A stretch of 64,000 nt of DNA, from positions 33,136 to 97,135 of the forward strand of contig NIVC01003448.1 of assembly GCA_002269645.1 (NCBI GenBank). Direction: 5' to 3'. Of this stretch, positions 43,951 to 56,284 are shown piece by piece (the first letter of the stretch is position 1; each line of letters opens with the position of its first letter). Made by a program: the position numbers and the translations under genes. Source of the stretch: Macrostomum lignano (taxonomy: Eukaryota). The notes under the pieces are model-generated. The model worked only from the letters and a program-made list of their open reading frames with translations. It did not search any database and was not told the origin of the DNA.

Positions 43951-44484
43951 ACTAACACTGAGCTGCTGAGCTTTGAGAATTAGTGAAAAAAACGTTTTCC
44001 TCGATCACACCTGTGGATTCTCCCAGTTGCTAGGGAAACGAGATGCCGCTCACATTCCTCAGGTGGCAGGTTGGTTGAGCTCTTCTCAACGGACAGCTCT
44101 GATCTAGAATTGAAGTGCCTGCAGTGACTGCTGGCCGCACACCGCTCAACTCCCTGCCCCTCAGATGTACATTTCCTCCCCTCACCCTGGAGCCAATCAG
44201 CTCGCACGCTGCTGATTCATCAGCTCCACCCACCCCAATATCGATCGCTATATATTGATTGGCACTCAATGCCGTGAGCTGCCGAGCCATTTCTCACCTC
44301 TAAAGCCAGTCTGCAATTTCTCAGTCAATTATCACAGCATGTGGCTGCGCTGACTCAATGCTTTTTACTCATTTTGCCAATTGCATTTGTGAGGAACTGC
44401 AGAGCTGAGTTCATTTCTCAGCCCTGCTTCTGTGCCAGAACCATTCGGCTGCTGAAAAATCAATTATTTTTAAGCACAGAGCAC

Positions 44485-45038
44485 TGACCCTACTGACAGA
44501 TCCTCTACTGACAGATTCGCTACTGACAGATCCTCTACTGACAGATCCCCTACTGACAGATCCCCTACTGACAGATCCCCTACTGACAGATCCCCTACTG
44601 ACAGCTCCCCTACTGACAGATCCCCTACTGACTGATCCCCTACTGACAGATTCGCTACTGACAGATCCTCTACTGACAGATCCCCTACTGACAGATCCTC
44701 TACTGACAGATCCTCTACTGACAGATCCCCTACTGACAGTTCCCCTACTGACAGATCCCCTACTGACAGATCCCCTACTGACAGATCCCCTACTGACTGA
44801 CAGATCCCCTGCTGACAGATCCCCTACTGACAGATCCCCCACTGACAGATCCCCTGCTGACAGATCCCCTACTGACTGACAGATCCCCTGCTGACAGATC
44901 CCCTACTGACAGATCCCCCACTGACAGATCCCCTACTGACAGATCCCCTACTGACAGATCCCCTACTGACAGATCCCCTACTGACAGATCCCCTACTGAC
45001 AGATCCCCTACTGACAGATCCTCTACTGACAGATCCAC
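44485..45038 (-). repeat. 15-bp GATCTGTCAGTAGGG satellite, inverted copy
   Basis: CCCTACTGACAGATC units on the plus strand. Confidence 0.95.
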
Positions 45039-45043
45039 ACTGA

Positions 45044-45690
45044 TAACAACAACAACAAAATACGCGACCCCGCATTCAAGGTCACAGTTAGAGCAGGGCG
45101 CGTCAGATGGCGCGCTGCAGAGCCTGGGAGCGAACGAAGTCCGCTCCGTTGGCAGTGTCGGGCGCCCCAGCATCGCACAGAAGGCAGTCCACGTATCGAC
45201 GGGTTCGGGCCTGACCCCGCCTGAACGGGCCCTGCAAGGTGAGCAGCAAGGCGTCCTAAACAGGTTGGGGGCAGTAGCCCTCGGCCCGGATCACGTGACC
45301 CCGCCAGTTGAGGTCGCCGCCGGCGAAGGATGGAGGACGGGCGCTGCAGCTTGGCCCGATCGTACAGGGCCTCGGTCCCGAAGCTCTCGTCAACTCGAAA
45401 GGCCGCATTGAGCAGCCCTGAGTGCGCCGAGTCCAGCTGCCGCTCTAGCGTAGCCGTCAGCGTCCACGTCTCGGCGTTGTATAGCAGGACGGTTTCGACC
45501 ACCGCCTGCCACAGCCGAGCCCTCTGGCGGTCGGGCAGCGCTTCGGACTGGAGGACGGCTCGGATCGAGCGAAAGGCCGCTCAGGCAAGTACTCTGCGCC
45601 ACCGTAGGTCCTCTTCCACGTGGGGCACCAGACCGCCGAGGTAGGTGAACCGCTGGCAGCGTACGAGCTTTGTCATCTGCCCGTCTGCGC
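45044..45690 (-). mobile_element. RTE-like LINE 3' fragment with (TTG)n tail
   Basis: FTYLGG, AAFRSIRAVL, VVETVLLYNAETWTLT. (AAC)n on plus at ~45045-45058. Confidence 0.85.
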
Positions 45691-45900
45691 CGCGGCACGT
45701 CAGGACCGGCTGCTGCGGAGTCTCAGCACTCTGCAGGGCCAGCTGTTCGTCACGCTCAAGTGGCTGCTGAAGAAGGCCGTCCGACACAACGGCTTCAAGT
45801 CGTATCACGCAAAGACCATCGCGTTCCAAATGCTCGATCAGACACCGGCTGAGCAATGGAACGACGCTCGGAATCTCGTGAGTCTCACCAGACGCTCGCA
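45690..45900 (+). pseudogene. ~210-bp duplicated fragment of the cGLR exon 2
   Basis: [43 protein letters not shown]...LVSLTRRS, nearly identical to 35690-35880. Confidence 0.9.
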
Positions 45901-46795
45901 AATCTTCTTCATTTGCGCCACGATGCTCGCGAAATAGTTTAACCAAATGACCGATGTTTCTCGCCCAGAAAATGCCGAAAATGGCGCAGAGAATGGAATA
46001 TTCAGCGGTTAACGGAACGATGTATGGCAGAAGTTTTTCTGATGCAGACGATTCGCTTGTTGAATGATTGCTGAACCGTTCAAAGACTTCAGAGTTAACG
46101 CTTAATAACCAAGACACAAGGTTTGTGCTGATTAGATTGGCCATTAGAAAAAAGAATAAAATTGAGAATTTATTCGGACTCTGGTTGCCATACAATGCAA
46201 AAAATATGGTCTGCAGTATAGTAAACGCGACTTGTAGGATTGGAATTAGAAGCTTGTCAAGTATCCACGAGAAACTTGGATGCGAGCTGCAGTGGATAAG
46301 CTGGATAAAACCGTCAATAAATTTTATGCCATTTCCAACGACGACGAACAGGCCCAGCAAAATGCAGGCGGCTATCAGGAATGTAGAGGGCACGGAAGCG
46401 TGCTTATCCAGCACAGGAATCCAGTATGAGAGCCCTTGAAGCAACCAATTTTTGCCTTCCACTGACACTCTGACATTGTCAAGCTTCTTTTTGCTAAACA
46501 ACCGATACAAATAAAACAACGAAGACAGCAAGGCCAAGACTAAAAGGACTAAACGAAACATTTCCGACCATAATAGCTTGAAGTCAGCACAATTCTCGTC
46601 ACCTCTCTCCATGTTGTTGTCTCTTTGTATGAGAAATAGACTCACCAGTGATAAGATCATTAAGCTGATGATGAACACTATCCACTGGAGGGTGAGCTTG
46701 AAGTCATTCATTCTGCTGCTTGTTTGTCTAACTTCAGTTTGCTCATCCTCACTCTTATGAAGCAAGGGGTCGGCTTCGCTTCCACATGATGACAT
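45900..46795 (-). pseudogene. Otopetrin-like N-terminal half (copy A), truncated and fused to the antisense cGLR fragment
   Basis: Paralogous to 57728-58625 (LMANLISTNLVSW, LPYIVPLTAEYSILCAIFG). ATG at 46795 aligns with the copy B start. Confidence 0.85.
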
Positions 46796-47149
46796 GACCA
46801 AAACTGCTGCAATAACGCCGTGGTAGCTCAGGATATCGCTTAAACAGTTCGTAATTCGTTAAGCTTAGACGAAGATATAAATGAGAATACTCTCTTACGA
46901 TAAGGTACTTCTTGACTTTCTAATCTGCCTTTCGAAATTGGGTGTAGACTTATAAAACAAAAAGTGCAGTAGAAAAGTGTAGAGTTGACTGCGCTTGTGC
47001 ACCCAATGCCCTCTTTACCTCCCTCGTGGTTGATAAATATCCGGCTGACAAACTTGTAGACCCGAGTTCATTCCAACTGATGCTTCAGTTCGATAGTGCT
47101 GAGGCTGCTCAGAGATTTTTGGCTAGCCAAACTTATTCAACTTTTTTTG

Positions 47150-48720
47150 GGTACTATGAGTTTGCGCATGATGAATGTAAATCAGCTACGTGAAGAATTG
47201 GGAGATAGGGGCCTGAGCACGCACTTCTTTAAGAAAGACCTGGTCAGCAGACTCTCCATTGCGATGAGCCAGAGCGAAGCAGCTAGTCGGCAGGAACAAG
47301 TGACGTCAAACTCCGCGGAGTCCGACAGCGAAGCGGGGCGGCGGCAGCAGCAGCAACAACGGCTGCAGGCAGGGGAGGCGCTGGACCTAGCAGAGCTCCG
47401 GCGGAAGATAGCTAGCCTGGAATCGGAGACAGGAGCAGCTGGAAGGCCGATTTAGACCAGGTGAGGTGGACCATCAGCTTTTTAATGAGCCCTCTGATTG
47501 TAGTAGCAACATGAATATCCCGAGTATGCTAAGAGGCTTCGAGGCCAGGCTCGAGCCCTCAGTAACTCAACCAAGGCTACGGGCGGCGCCACTCGTTGTT
47601 GCGGATTTCTGCGCTTGCGACCTTCGGACGGCGTCGACGAGTCGCAGGGAAAAGGTGCTGCATCCAACCGCCAATCAGCCTAAACCCGAATCGCTTTGAA
47701 TCGGTGAGTGGATAGTCGGCAACGCGCGCATCCTCGACGCCCTGATCTCTAGGAGACAGCTCGACCTGGAAGGCGTTCGGCAGCACTTGCAGTACAATGT
47801 GAAGATCGGTGAGCTGGTCGAGGCAGGTTTCGACACCAACAGGATCATGCGCAGTTCAACGACGAGAGCAGCAGGCGGGCATGCAAGACTGGGCGCGACC
47901 GAGTTTCTTGCTGGTGGCACGGCACCTCATCACCCCCAGCAGACTCCACAACATGCCCGCTCTCGCCTGGACAGGAAGATTCCGGTGGTTCAATGAGCGC
48001 CCATCTGCCTCAAGTTCAACAGCTGTGGTGGCTGCAAGTTCCATAATTACAAGCACACTCATGCGTGCCTGGTCTGCTTGCGCTCGGACCACGGCGAGAT
48101 GCAACACGCGGCAAAAAACGAATAGCCGCGGCTTCAGTGGCCTCGGCAAGCTGGCAGCCGTAAGTTTTAACCACAAGTTTTTACTCCATTCGCGACATCA
48201 ATTACAATCCGAGTGGCTCCCTTGACTCAAATGCCTGGGCGAAGGAGCTGGATGGCGACCCCGACGGGCCTTTTTTAATTGACGGAGTCCAAAACGGCTT
48301 CGCGCTCACTACTGAAACCGATTTTAAGCCTTCCGAAGTTGAGAACTACTAGTCGGCTATTGAGTACAAGACGTTGGTCGAAGAGAAATTGCAGCGTGAG
48401 ATCACCAGCGGGCGGTATGTGTCAGTCTCTTGATCGCAGACCACAAGATTAAGCTTGAGACGGTTAGCGGCCTCTTCTCACAACTCAAGCCCGGTAACTT
48501 TACGGCTAAGATCGATCTCGGAGGTGTATCGCTCAGTGGGTGTTCATCCTTCTTCTCTCGACGCTCTGGGCATCGAATGGCAATTCAGCGGCGACAGCGA
48601 GCCTACCTACCTGGTCGACACCTGGCTGAGCTTCAGCGCTGCGGCCTCGGTGTACCATTTCAACTGGCTGTCTAAGGCGGTGGGCGTTGCTGCAGTCACT
48701 GCTGGCTTCTGGTGTGAAAT
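47150..48720 (+). mobile_element. Degenerate DIRS/Ngaro-like (tyrosine-recombinase class) retrotransposon: gag and RT fragments
   Basis: SAP-like start LREELGDRGLST..KKDLVSRL; Zn motif ICLKFN..GGCKF..HACLVC...H; W..ELDGDPD..FLIDGVQNGF..ENY*SA..EITSGRY; AKIDL..VHP..LGIEW..YLVD..LSF. YR gene not seen. Confidence 0.7.
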
Positions 48721-49399
48721 TTGCAGCGATTTTATGGGATCTTCGTTGGCCAGGCAACCATTTGCCAGTCAGACTTTCTTGCATTAAAAATATTGCATGA
48801 ATAACTATTCATACATGAAACTTCCAACACAATTTAAATTAGCCTATCAATTACTTGAGCAATAAATGGAACCCTCAACTACAAGTGACCAGTTTTCAGT
48901 GCCAACCCCTTCAACTTGACCCAGGACTCAGCTGCTTCACTGCCTGGATCGAGAGGCTCAAATCATCGAGCAAAGACGAGGCAGTGAAATCCAAAACTCG
49001 CTTCGCAGTCTGCTGGCTGCCCTGGCAACTGGTCCTGGCTCAGTCGGCAGTCTGCTGGCAGCAGTGAGGCTGCAGTTCCCGCAGAAGTTCGAGCCGAGGC
49101 AGCAGCACTGCGCGAACGAGCTGCTGCAGTGCATCCTGTCGCATCTCACGCTCAAAGACAGCTGCCTCAGAGTTTTCGCTACTTTGCTCCGTGCAGTGGC
49201 TGCCACAACTGTGAAGATGCCACCGCAGGAGCCACAGACATAATTTATATTCATAATTTAGACATAAAGTTATAATTTAGTGTTAAGTTTCACTTTTGTG
49301 TCGCTGAACCTCAAGAATATCGCATTTAATATTGTTGAGAATTCAACTGTGTGACAGCCTCATTGTAATGTCTAATGATGGATCTTCCTGTATTCATAA

Positions 49400-49835
49400 A
49401 TACTCGTATGCTGTGTTCACCAATGCTGTGTTCACCAATGCTGTGTTCACCAATGCTGTGTTCACCAATGCTGTGTTCACCAATGCTGTGTTCACCAATG
49501 CTGTGTTCACCAATGCTGTGTTCACCAATGCTGTGTTCACCAATGCTGTGTTAAATATAATTTTCGATAAAAATGCTTTTAAATACCTATATGATTGCAA
49601 CCTTCAAAAACTTTTCCTCTGTAGCAATACTGAGGTAAAAAATTCAGTTTCGAATACCTGATCGAGAACCTGATCGAGAACCTGATCGAGTACCTGATCG
49701 AGTACCTGATCGAGTACCTGATCGAGTACCTGATCGAGTACCTGATTGAGAATCTGATCGAGAACCTGATCGAGTACCTGATCGAGAACCTGATCGAGTA
49801 CCTGATCGAGAACCTGATCGAGTACCTGATCCTGA
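49400..49835 (+). repeat. 15-bp (TGCTGTGTTCACCAA, ~49400-49550) and 12-bp (TACCTGATCGAG, ~49655-49835) arrays
   Basis: Direct reading. Confidence 0.95.
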
Positions 49836-50519
49836 CTACCAGATCGAGTACTTGCAAGCAAGCTCAGTGACTCTGATCTGCTCACAGTAGTTCAGTTTTC
49901 AACAGACAGAGTCAAGACCCATTTCTGAGCGCAGATAAAACCAGGACTCAATTTTGTCTGCTCTGCTAAGCCAAAGGTCGACGTGGGCTTATGTCAGGGG
50001 TCGGCATGATAAGAAACTTTTCGAATGGATTTTATTTGCGATTAGATTGCAGCCTGAAGTGTCACTGCTTCAATGCGAGCAATTTGAAGATCGGAAAAAC
50101 CGCAAACTGTGGCTTTTTTATCTGTTGTCTTCCAGATAAGAAATTCAAGTTGAAATGGAAAAAAAAGAAGTTCGAACAAGTAGTCAGGTTGGGGGCAGTT
50201 AAACTGTAAATTAAGTTGCACTCATCAGGGAGCCAGGTGCGCTCGCCAACCTCACCTGTTGCTCCACTTGTGGTGTTTCGGAGTTGCTCTTTACCGAGCG
50301 AGACGAGAGATGCGGTGAACGACGACTACCGGGACCGCCGCAGGAAGGCGCCGGGCCATCAGCGGGAGGGACCACGCAGAAGGGGGCCTGGATAGCTCAC
50401 CTTCAAAGGCATTGAAACATTGCGCTCCTCCAAAAATGGAATGATGGAGGAGAACCAAGAACCAAGACAGGAGCTCAACTTTTGCCACCTCTTGGACGTG
50501 GCATCCGCCGGCTTAGAAG

Positions 50520-50720
50520 ACAGGGACGCCTACCAAGAGACAGGGGCGCCCACCAAGGGACAGGGGCGCCTACCAAGAGACAGGGCGCCCACCAAGAGAC
50601 AGGGCGCCCACCAAGAGACAGGGCGCCCACCAAGAGACAGGGCGCCCACCAAGAGACAGGGCGCCCACCAAGAGACAGGGCGCCCACCAAGAGACAGGGG
50701 CGCCCACAAAGAGACAGGGG
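50520..50720 (+). repeat. ~20-bp GC-rich repeat GGGCGCCCACCAAGAGACA(G)
   Basis: About 9 units. Confidence 0.9.
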
Positions 50721-51128
50721 CGCCCAAGCGTCGAGATTCACAAGCACGGAGTTTCCCTTTGCCGAACTTATTTACACTTAGAAGACTGTTGGCTCGTGCA
50801 GTTTCGAGCTGGTTCAGAAGTCGGAAACCTACTGGAATTCCCCCCGGACAAAGAGGGCCTCCCGAGCGACTTGCAGGCAGCCGAGCCTGCAGCCTGGACT
50901 GGCTGGCTGGAGTCGCAGCTGATCATTATGTTTGATTAACCAGTGTCCACGTACGGTAAAAGTGCATGAATTAACTCAAATCTTGCGTCATCAAGTAGTC
51001 TAAGATGCTGCAGTCGCTGGCGCACAACTCAGAGTTTGAATAAAATGCGCATTTATCACAGACTACTGTATGTAGGATGGGGCGAGGCTCGATATGATGA
51101 ACCGCTATTAATTATCGAGTTGTTGATC

Positions 51129-51142
51129 GTAACCATGGCAAC
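51129..51142. promoter_or_regulatory. RFX X-box-like variant GTAACCATGGCAAC (copy B)
   Basis: Same position in the inverted upstream block 50940-52080. Confidence 0.4.
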
Positions 51143-51404
51143 CGAAATCATGGCTATGCGATGTGCACAGGCAGAAGAAAAAGTCTGATATCCTGCTGCC
51201 CGAACAAAATTTGCCTCGGTGCGCGCCTCCTGGAGACCGCCTGGGGCCATTTTGCCCGAATATTGTGAGCCGCGTTTTATAAACGAGTTCACATGAGTAA
51301 CATATTCGGGTGGAGCAATTAGGGCGCTTTTTTCTAACGAACGAGAAACCTTGCTTATTTGGTTGTGAGATGGCGGGAAATGGCACGATGCCCTCATATG
51401 ACAC

Positions 51405-51825
51405 TTCCCTGGCGCTTCACTGCCTCCCTGGCATTTCACTGCCTCCCTGGCGCTTCACTGCCTCCCTGGCATTTCACTGCCTCCCTGGCGCTTCACTGCC
51501 TCCCTGGCGCTTCACTGCCTCCCTGGCGCTTCACTGCCTCCCTGGCGCTTCACTGCCTCCCTGGCGCTTCACTGCCTCCCTGGCGCTTCACTGCCTCCCC
51601 GGCGCTTCACTGCCTCCCTGGCGCTTCACTGCCTCCCTGGCGCTTCACTGCCTCCCTGGCGCCTCATTGCCTCTTTGGCGCTTCACTGCCTTCCTGGCGC
51701 CTCATTGCCTCTTTGGCGCTTCACTGCCTCCCTGGCGCCTCATTGCCTCTTTGGCGCTTCACTGCCTCCCTGGCGCCTCACTGCCTCTTTGGCGCTTCAC
51801 TGCTTCCCTGGCGCCTCACTGCCTT
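51405..51825 (+). repeat. 19-bp minisatellite TGGCGCTTCACTGCCTCCC
   Basis: About 22 units inside the copy B upstream block. Confidence 0.95.
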
Positions 51826-52129
51826 TCTGACACCTCTGTCAGCTGCAGGCACTCTCTCATTTGCCCACAGGAGTTTCTAATTTTAGCAGCTCGCTCCGAA
51901 GCATGCTACTGAGCAGCACTGGCTGGGCAGCAGTTCGCGAATGAGGTTGAGAACCAGGAAAAGCCGATTGGCTCTCAGCAGCAAAAGCCTTCAGCGCTGG
52001 GGTTAAAATCAACAGCAGCTCACTCTGAGTGCACTTGGAGAAATCCAGAAGGACGACTCAAATATTTTTTATTCTTTCTAAGTATCATCAAAACTTTCTA
52101 AGTATTCTTTGTTCCGACATCCGACAGGG

Positions 52130-53507
52130 CTGCAGCCGATGAAGAGCTCTTTGAGGCGATTGAAGCGGACGACTGCAGGCGGTGGAGAACTTCGTTGCCA
52201 GTGGGAGGAGTGTCGACACGATTCTCACTTGGAGAGGAACTGAGTGGACACCGCTGATGCTGGCATGCTACCTGGGCGGAATCGGCATCTTGGTGAGGCT
52301 GATTCGAGAGAGCGTCGACCTCAACAAACAGAAGAGTGAGGGATTCTCAGCAGTGTATGTTGGATGTCAACAAGGCCATCGTAAGGCTGCTGATTTACTA
52401 ATTCAAGCACAAGCCGACGTCAATCTTCAACGAAACACTGGCTCGTCACCTCACTATAGTCTGAGTCAAATCCCTCAAAACCCCCCTCGAGCCGGGTGGT
52501 GGGTGTCTGGCCGGCCGCTCGCTAAGCCGACTCGCACTGGACCCGCGGCGCCGGGTAGACTTGGATTTGCCGCGTGCCGGGGTCCAGGCCGATTCTGATT
52601 GGTTGGCCGCGCAAAGCTTGGGGTACGCAGAAAACTCAACCCTCCGCTGAGTCACAAAATTGGCGTCTAACTTTTAACCTGTTTACGCAAAACAAACTCT
52701 AAACTAAGAGAAAAAAGTACATGGAAACGCGTGACTAAATTAAAGCAAAATACAATAATTAACAACAATAATACAAAACTAACTACAAACCAGCGCAAAA
52801 GATGCTCACACTACAAGTAGGTGGGTAACTGAGTGATGTTTATTTTTGCAGCGTACGAGTAATGTCCTCGATTCCAATTCTATTCATATCTACACATGTG
52901 GCTGTGAATTGGCTATCTTATATCGATTTGAACTGCACTGCTTTGTGCGTGTGGCTGCTCAATTTAAATTGCCATTTTAGACCCTCTCCCTCCCCTGAGC
53001 TGATCGATTTCTATTTATACATACAGTACTTCTTCGCAATGTACATCGTTCGACCTAACTACTCAATTCTATAATACAATGTAAAAGACCAACGCTACAT
53101 TGTAGACCTCTCTACATTGCATCACGAAATGGCCACCATGAGGGAGCAGATCGACTCCTCAAAGCACGAGCCGACGTCAATCTTCAACTCAACACTGGCG
53201 AGTCACCTCTCTACATTGCATCAGCCTATGGCCACCATGAGGTAGTAGATCTACTCCTCAAAGCACGAGCCGACGTCAATCTTCAACTCAACACTGGCGA
53301 GTCACCTCTCTACATTGCGGCACAAAACGACCACCATCACTTGGTTGAGTCACTTCTCAAAGCCTCCGCTTTGGCTGGATTTCGAGAGTCACTTGAGTCT
53401 GCTCTCAGCCGTGCAATCGAGTTCCGCAGTGAGCGATCTGCCCAAATTCTTCACCGTGCGCTGACGGGCGATGAGCGACCGAATTCGGTCGGAGAGGCTG
53501 CAGACAG
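52130..53507 (+). pseudogene. Ankyrin gene copy B: 3 array units, N-terminus deleted, frameshift, 653-bp insertion
   Basis: Colinear with copy A, including the last repeat, C-terminal tail and AG|GTGAGC donor at 53507. Lacks MGFLQ...CC. 1-nt loss at ~52170. Confidence 0.9.
52453..53105. mobile_element. 653-bp non-coding insertion with 5-bp TSD ACCTC
   Basis: ACCTC at 52448-52452 and 53106-53110 duplicates ankyrin codons (TCACCTCTCTAC); termini CACTATAG...TTGTAG. Confidence 0.75.
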
Positions 53508-54479
53508 GTGAGCGCTCCTCGGTTGAGTCCAAGCAGCGCCCTGCGCAGGGCGGGGGAATGACAGGAGACAGCCGCGCTGGATTTCCGGCAGTCGTGGGCG
53601 TTATCTCTTCTCTCCCTGTGCTTTGAAGCCACCCACTGGTTGATCCGAGTGGTGACGACGTGGTGGGGTTGGAGCCACGGGCAGGGGACCAGAGAAAGAA
53701 CCAGTCGAGCTAGCCTTGGCCAAGGTATCGGCCAACTCGTTGATGGGGTGGCTCGAGTGCTCGGGGATCCACCCTAGGGACACCTTGTTGGAAGCGCCTA
53801 CGTGTTTGAGCTGCCCGATGCAGTCGAGGACTGTACGCGAGCAGGTTGTGGTGCTCTCAAGGGGGTGGATTGCCGCTTGACAGTCCGAGTCGAGGATAGT
53901 CTCCTTCCCCCGACACGCTGATTGTACAACTCCATGGCGCCGGAGAGGAATTTTCTAGAACATCGGAGATGCCCGATGTTCTAGAAAACGGTGGAGCAGG
54001 TGCTAGTGTGCTGAGAGAAGGTCGCCACGGTTCTTGTTACGAGTAGTGTAGGCAAAACTGAGTAAGTCATGTTTGCAAGCGAAGGGAAATACGCTTGAAC
54101 AGAACTCTACCGAAGTGACGAAAGTATTTACTTGAGGATCGTGAACTGAAGACTGTGATATTTGGGGTTTGTGAACTGAAGAACGTGCAAATAAGAGCCG
54201 TGCAAATACGTGTGCAAATAAGAGCCGTGCAAATACATGTGCAAATAAGAGCCGTGCAAAAAAAATCAGAAGCAGCTGTTTGAGCACAATTACTTGGGTG
54301 ATCAAGACTGCTCAATTTTATTCACTCATGGCTCTGAGGCGGGGGGTTCCTGTAAACCTCAGACAGAAATCGGCCATATATTTGTTATAATGAATATTTA
54401 TTCCTGTTGTGTGAAACTCATGAGACTTCAGTCTGTAAAATTCCTGGCTATAAGCCTCACATGGCGCTACACAATGTAA

Positions 54480-56282
54480 GTTTGGGGGGTTAACAAAACT
54501 TATTGCCGCAAGCCCTTATGGCAGATCTTTCTAAGAAACCTACAATGCCTGTCAGAGCTCTGCATGAGCACAGCTGGGGAACTCACAGAGCCATCGTCGC
54601 ACCATCCTTGTCCAGCTGGCCTACGACCTACAGCTGGACCTCGTCTCGCTGCAGGAGGTCTCTATCGTGGCTGAGCCGGGGCTCCACTCTGAGGACCTAC
54701 CTCGGAGCCGGCTGGAGCCTCCTGTACACGTCGGCAGACAACCGCGGCCGGGGCGGTGTCAGCGTGCTGATCGGATCGCGCCTCCAGCAGAGCGTGCACT
54801 GCATCTCGCTGTCCCCGCGACTGATGCGGGTCGACCTGCGACTTCGCGCCCGCTGCATCCGGCTGTTCTGCGCGTACGCACCCACCGCTGCTCACCCCGA
54901 GGAGGATCGTGCCTTCTTCGAATTCCTGGCTGGGCAGCTGGAAGAGGTGCCAAACCGCGACACGATGGCAGTGCTCGGAGACCTGAACGCAGTCCCGCCG
55001 CGTCACCAACTGCGACACCATGGCTCCGCTGGCTCTCCGGTCAGACCACCGACTCCTGATCTGCGACTTGCGGCTCCGCGACCAGCTCTACCCGCGTTGG
55101 ACATCCGCGTGAAGCGTCAATTCGCGGGCGGCTTCGTCAGCGCGCTTAGAGACCAGCGCGAGGCGGAGTATTCCGACATCAGCACCGCCGTTAGAGCTGC
55201 TGCAGAGCAGACGGTCCCGCTGATGCGGCCAGCGCAGAAATCGCTGCCTGTCTGGCAGAGCGACCTGTCTATCAGGCAGGCGCGGCTCAACTTTGAGCGA
55301 CTCCGCAGAAACCGGCGACTTACGGGCGACACTGAAGACGCGTTTGAGCGTCTTCTAGATGAGCGGCAGCAGCCTGCTGTCGATGACGCCGTCCGGTACA
55401 TCACTGCAGCCGGCCCCGACGTGAAGAGCCGCGCAGTGTGGACGGCCGTCCGGACTCTGACGGGGCGCAAAAAGCGCGTGGCGCTGAACCTGGCCGGCGA
55501 CACCCCGGAGGAGCGCAGGAATGAATTGCGCGACTTCTTCGCCGGCATTGTGAACGCGCCCGCGTCGCCGCTGCCCGCTAGCTTTGCGCTCCCACTGGAC
55601 ACGCCGCTCCCAGCTGAGGAGGACTTCTGCACCAGACCAGTCGCCACGGAGGACGTTATGCTGTTCGCTCGGAAAACATCAGGCGGCAAGGCGCTCTACC
55701 CCGACGAAGTCCCGGTCGAAGCGCTGCGGCTCCGCTGTGTGGCCTCCCAGGTCACAGGCGTCATGAAGCGCGAGCTCGACGGCGCTCCTGCGCCTACCGA
55801 GTAAACCGTCGCGCACATCGTGCCGATCCCGAAGAAGGCAGGGACAACGCGGAAAGAAGACCACGGCGGGATCTCGCTGATGTCCTGCACCGCGAAGCTC
55901 TTCAACCGGCTACTGCTCGATCGTCTGCAGTCGGTGCTGGACCCGCACCTGCGGTACGAGCAGAACGGATTCCGGCCGCAACGCGGTACAGTGAAACAGA
56001 TCCTCGCACTCCGCCGTGTCATCGAGGAGGCGCGCATCCGACAGTCTACGCTGGTCATTGTCTTCGTTGACTTTCGAAAGGTGTTTGCCTCGGTGTTGAG
56101 AGCCGCGCTCCCCTTTGTCCCTCGAGCCTACCGGGTACCCCAGCAGCTAATCGACGCTGTCATGGCGCTGTACTGCGATACTTGAGCTGCTGTGGTGACG
56201 GCGGACGGCCTGTCTGACCTGTTCGACACTTCATCAGGAGTTCTGCAGAGTGACACGCTAGCGCCGTTCCTCTTCGGGGTGC
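54480..56282 (+). mobile_element. RTE-like LINE, 5' part (AP endonuclease and RT domains 0-4), degenerate
   Basis: LQEVSIV, CAYAPT, VLGDLNA; IVPIPKK, GISLMSCTAKLFNRLL, EQNGFRPQRGT, VFVDFRKVF, GVLQSDTLAPFLF. Stops at 55802-55804 and 56183-56185; ends at the satellite. Confidence 0.9.
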
Positions 56283-56284
56283 TC

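Noticed and set aside
54480-56282. RTE 5' part and the 45044-45690 3' part as one element split by inversion
   Set aside because: The intervening RT segment with the YADD motif is in neither piece and no shared TSD was found.
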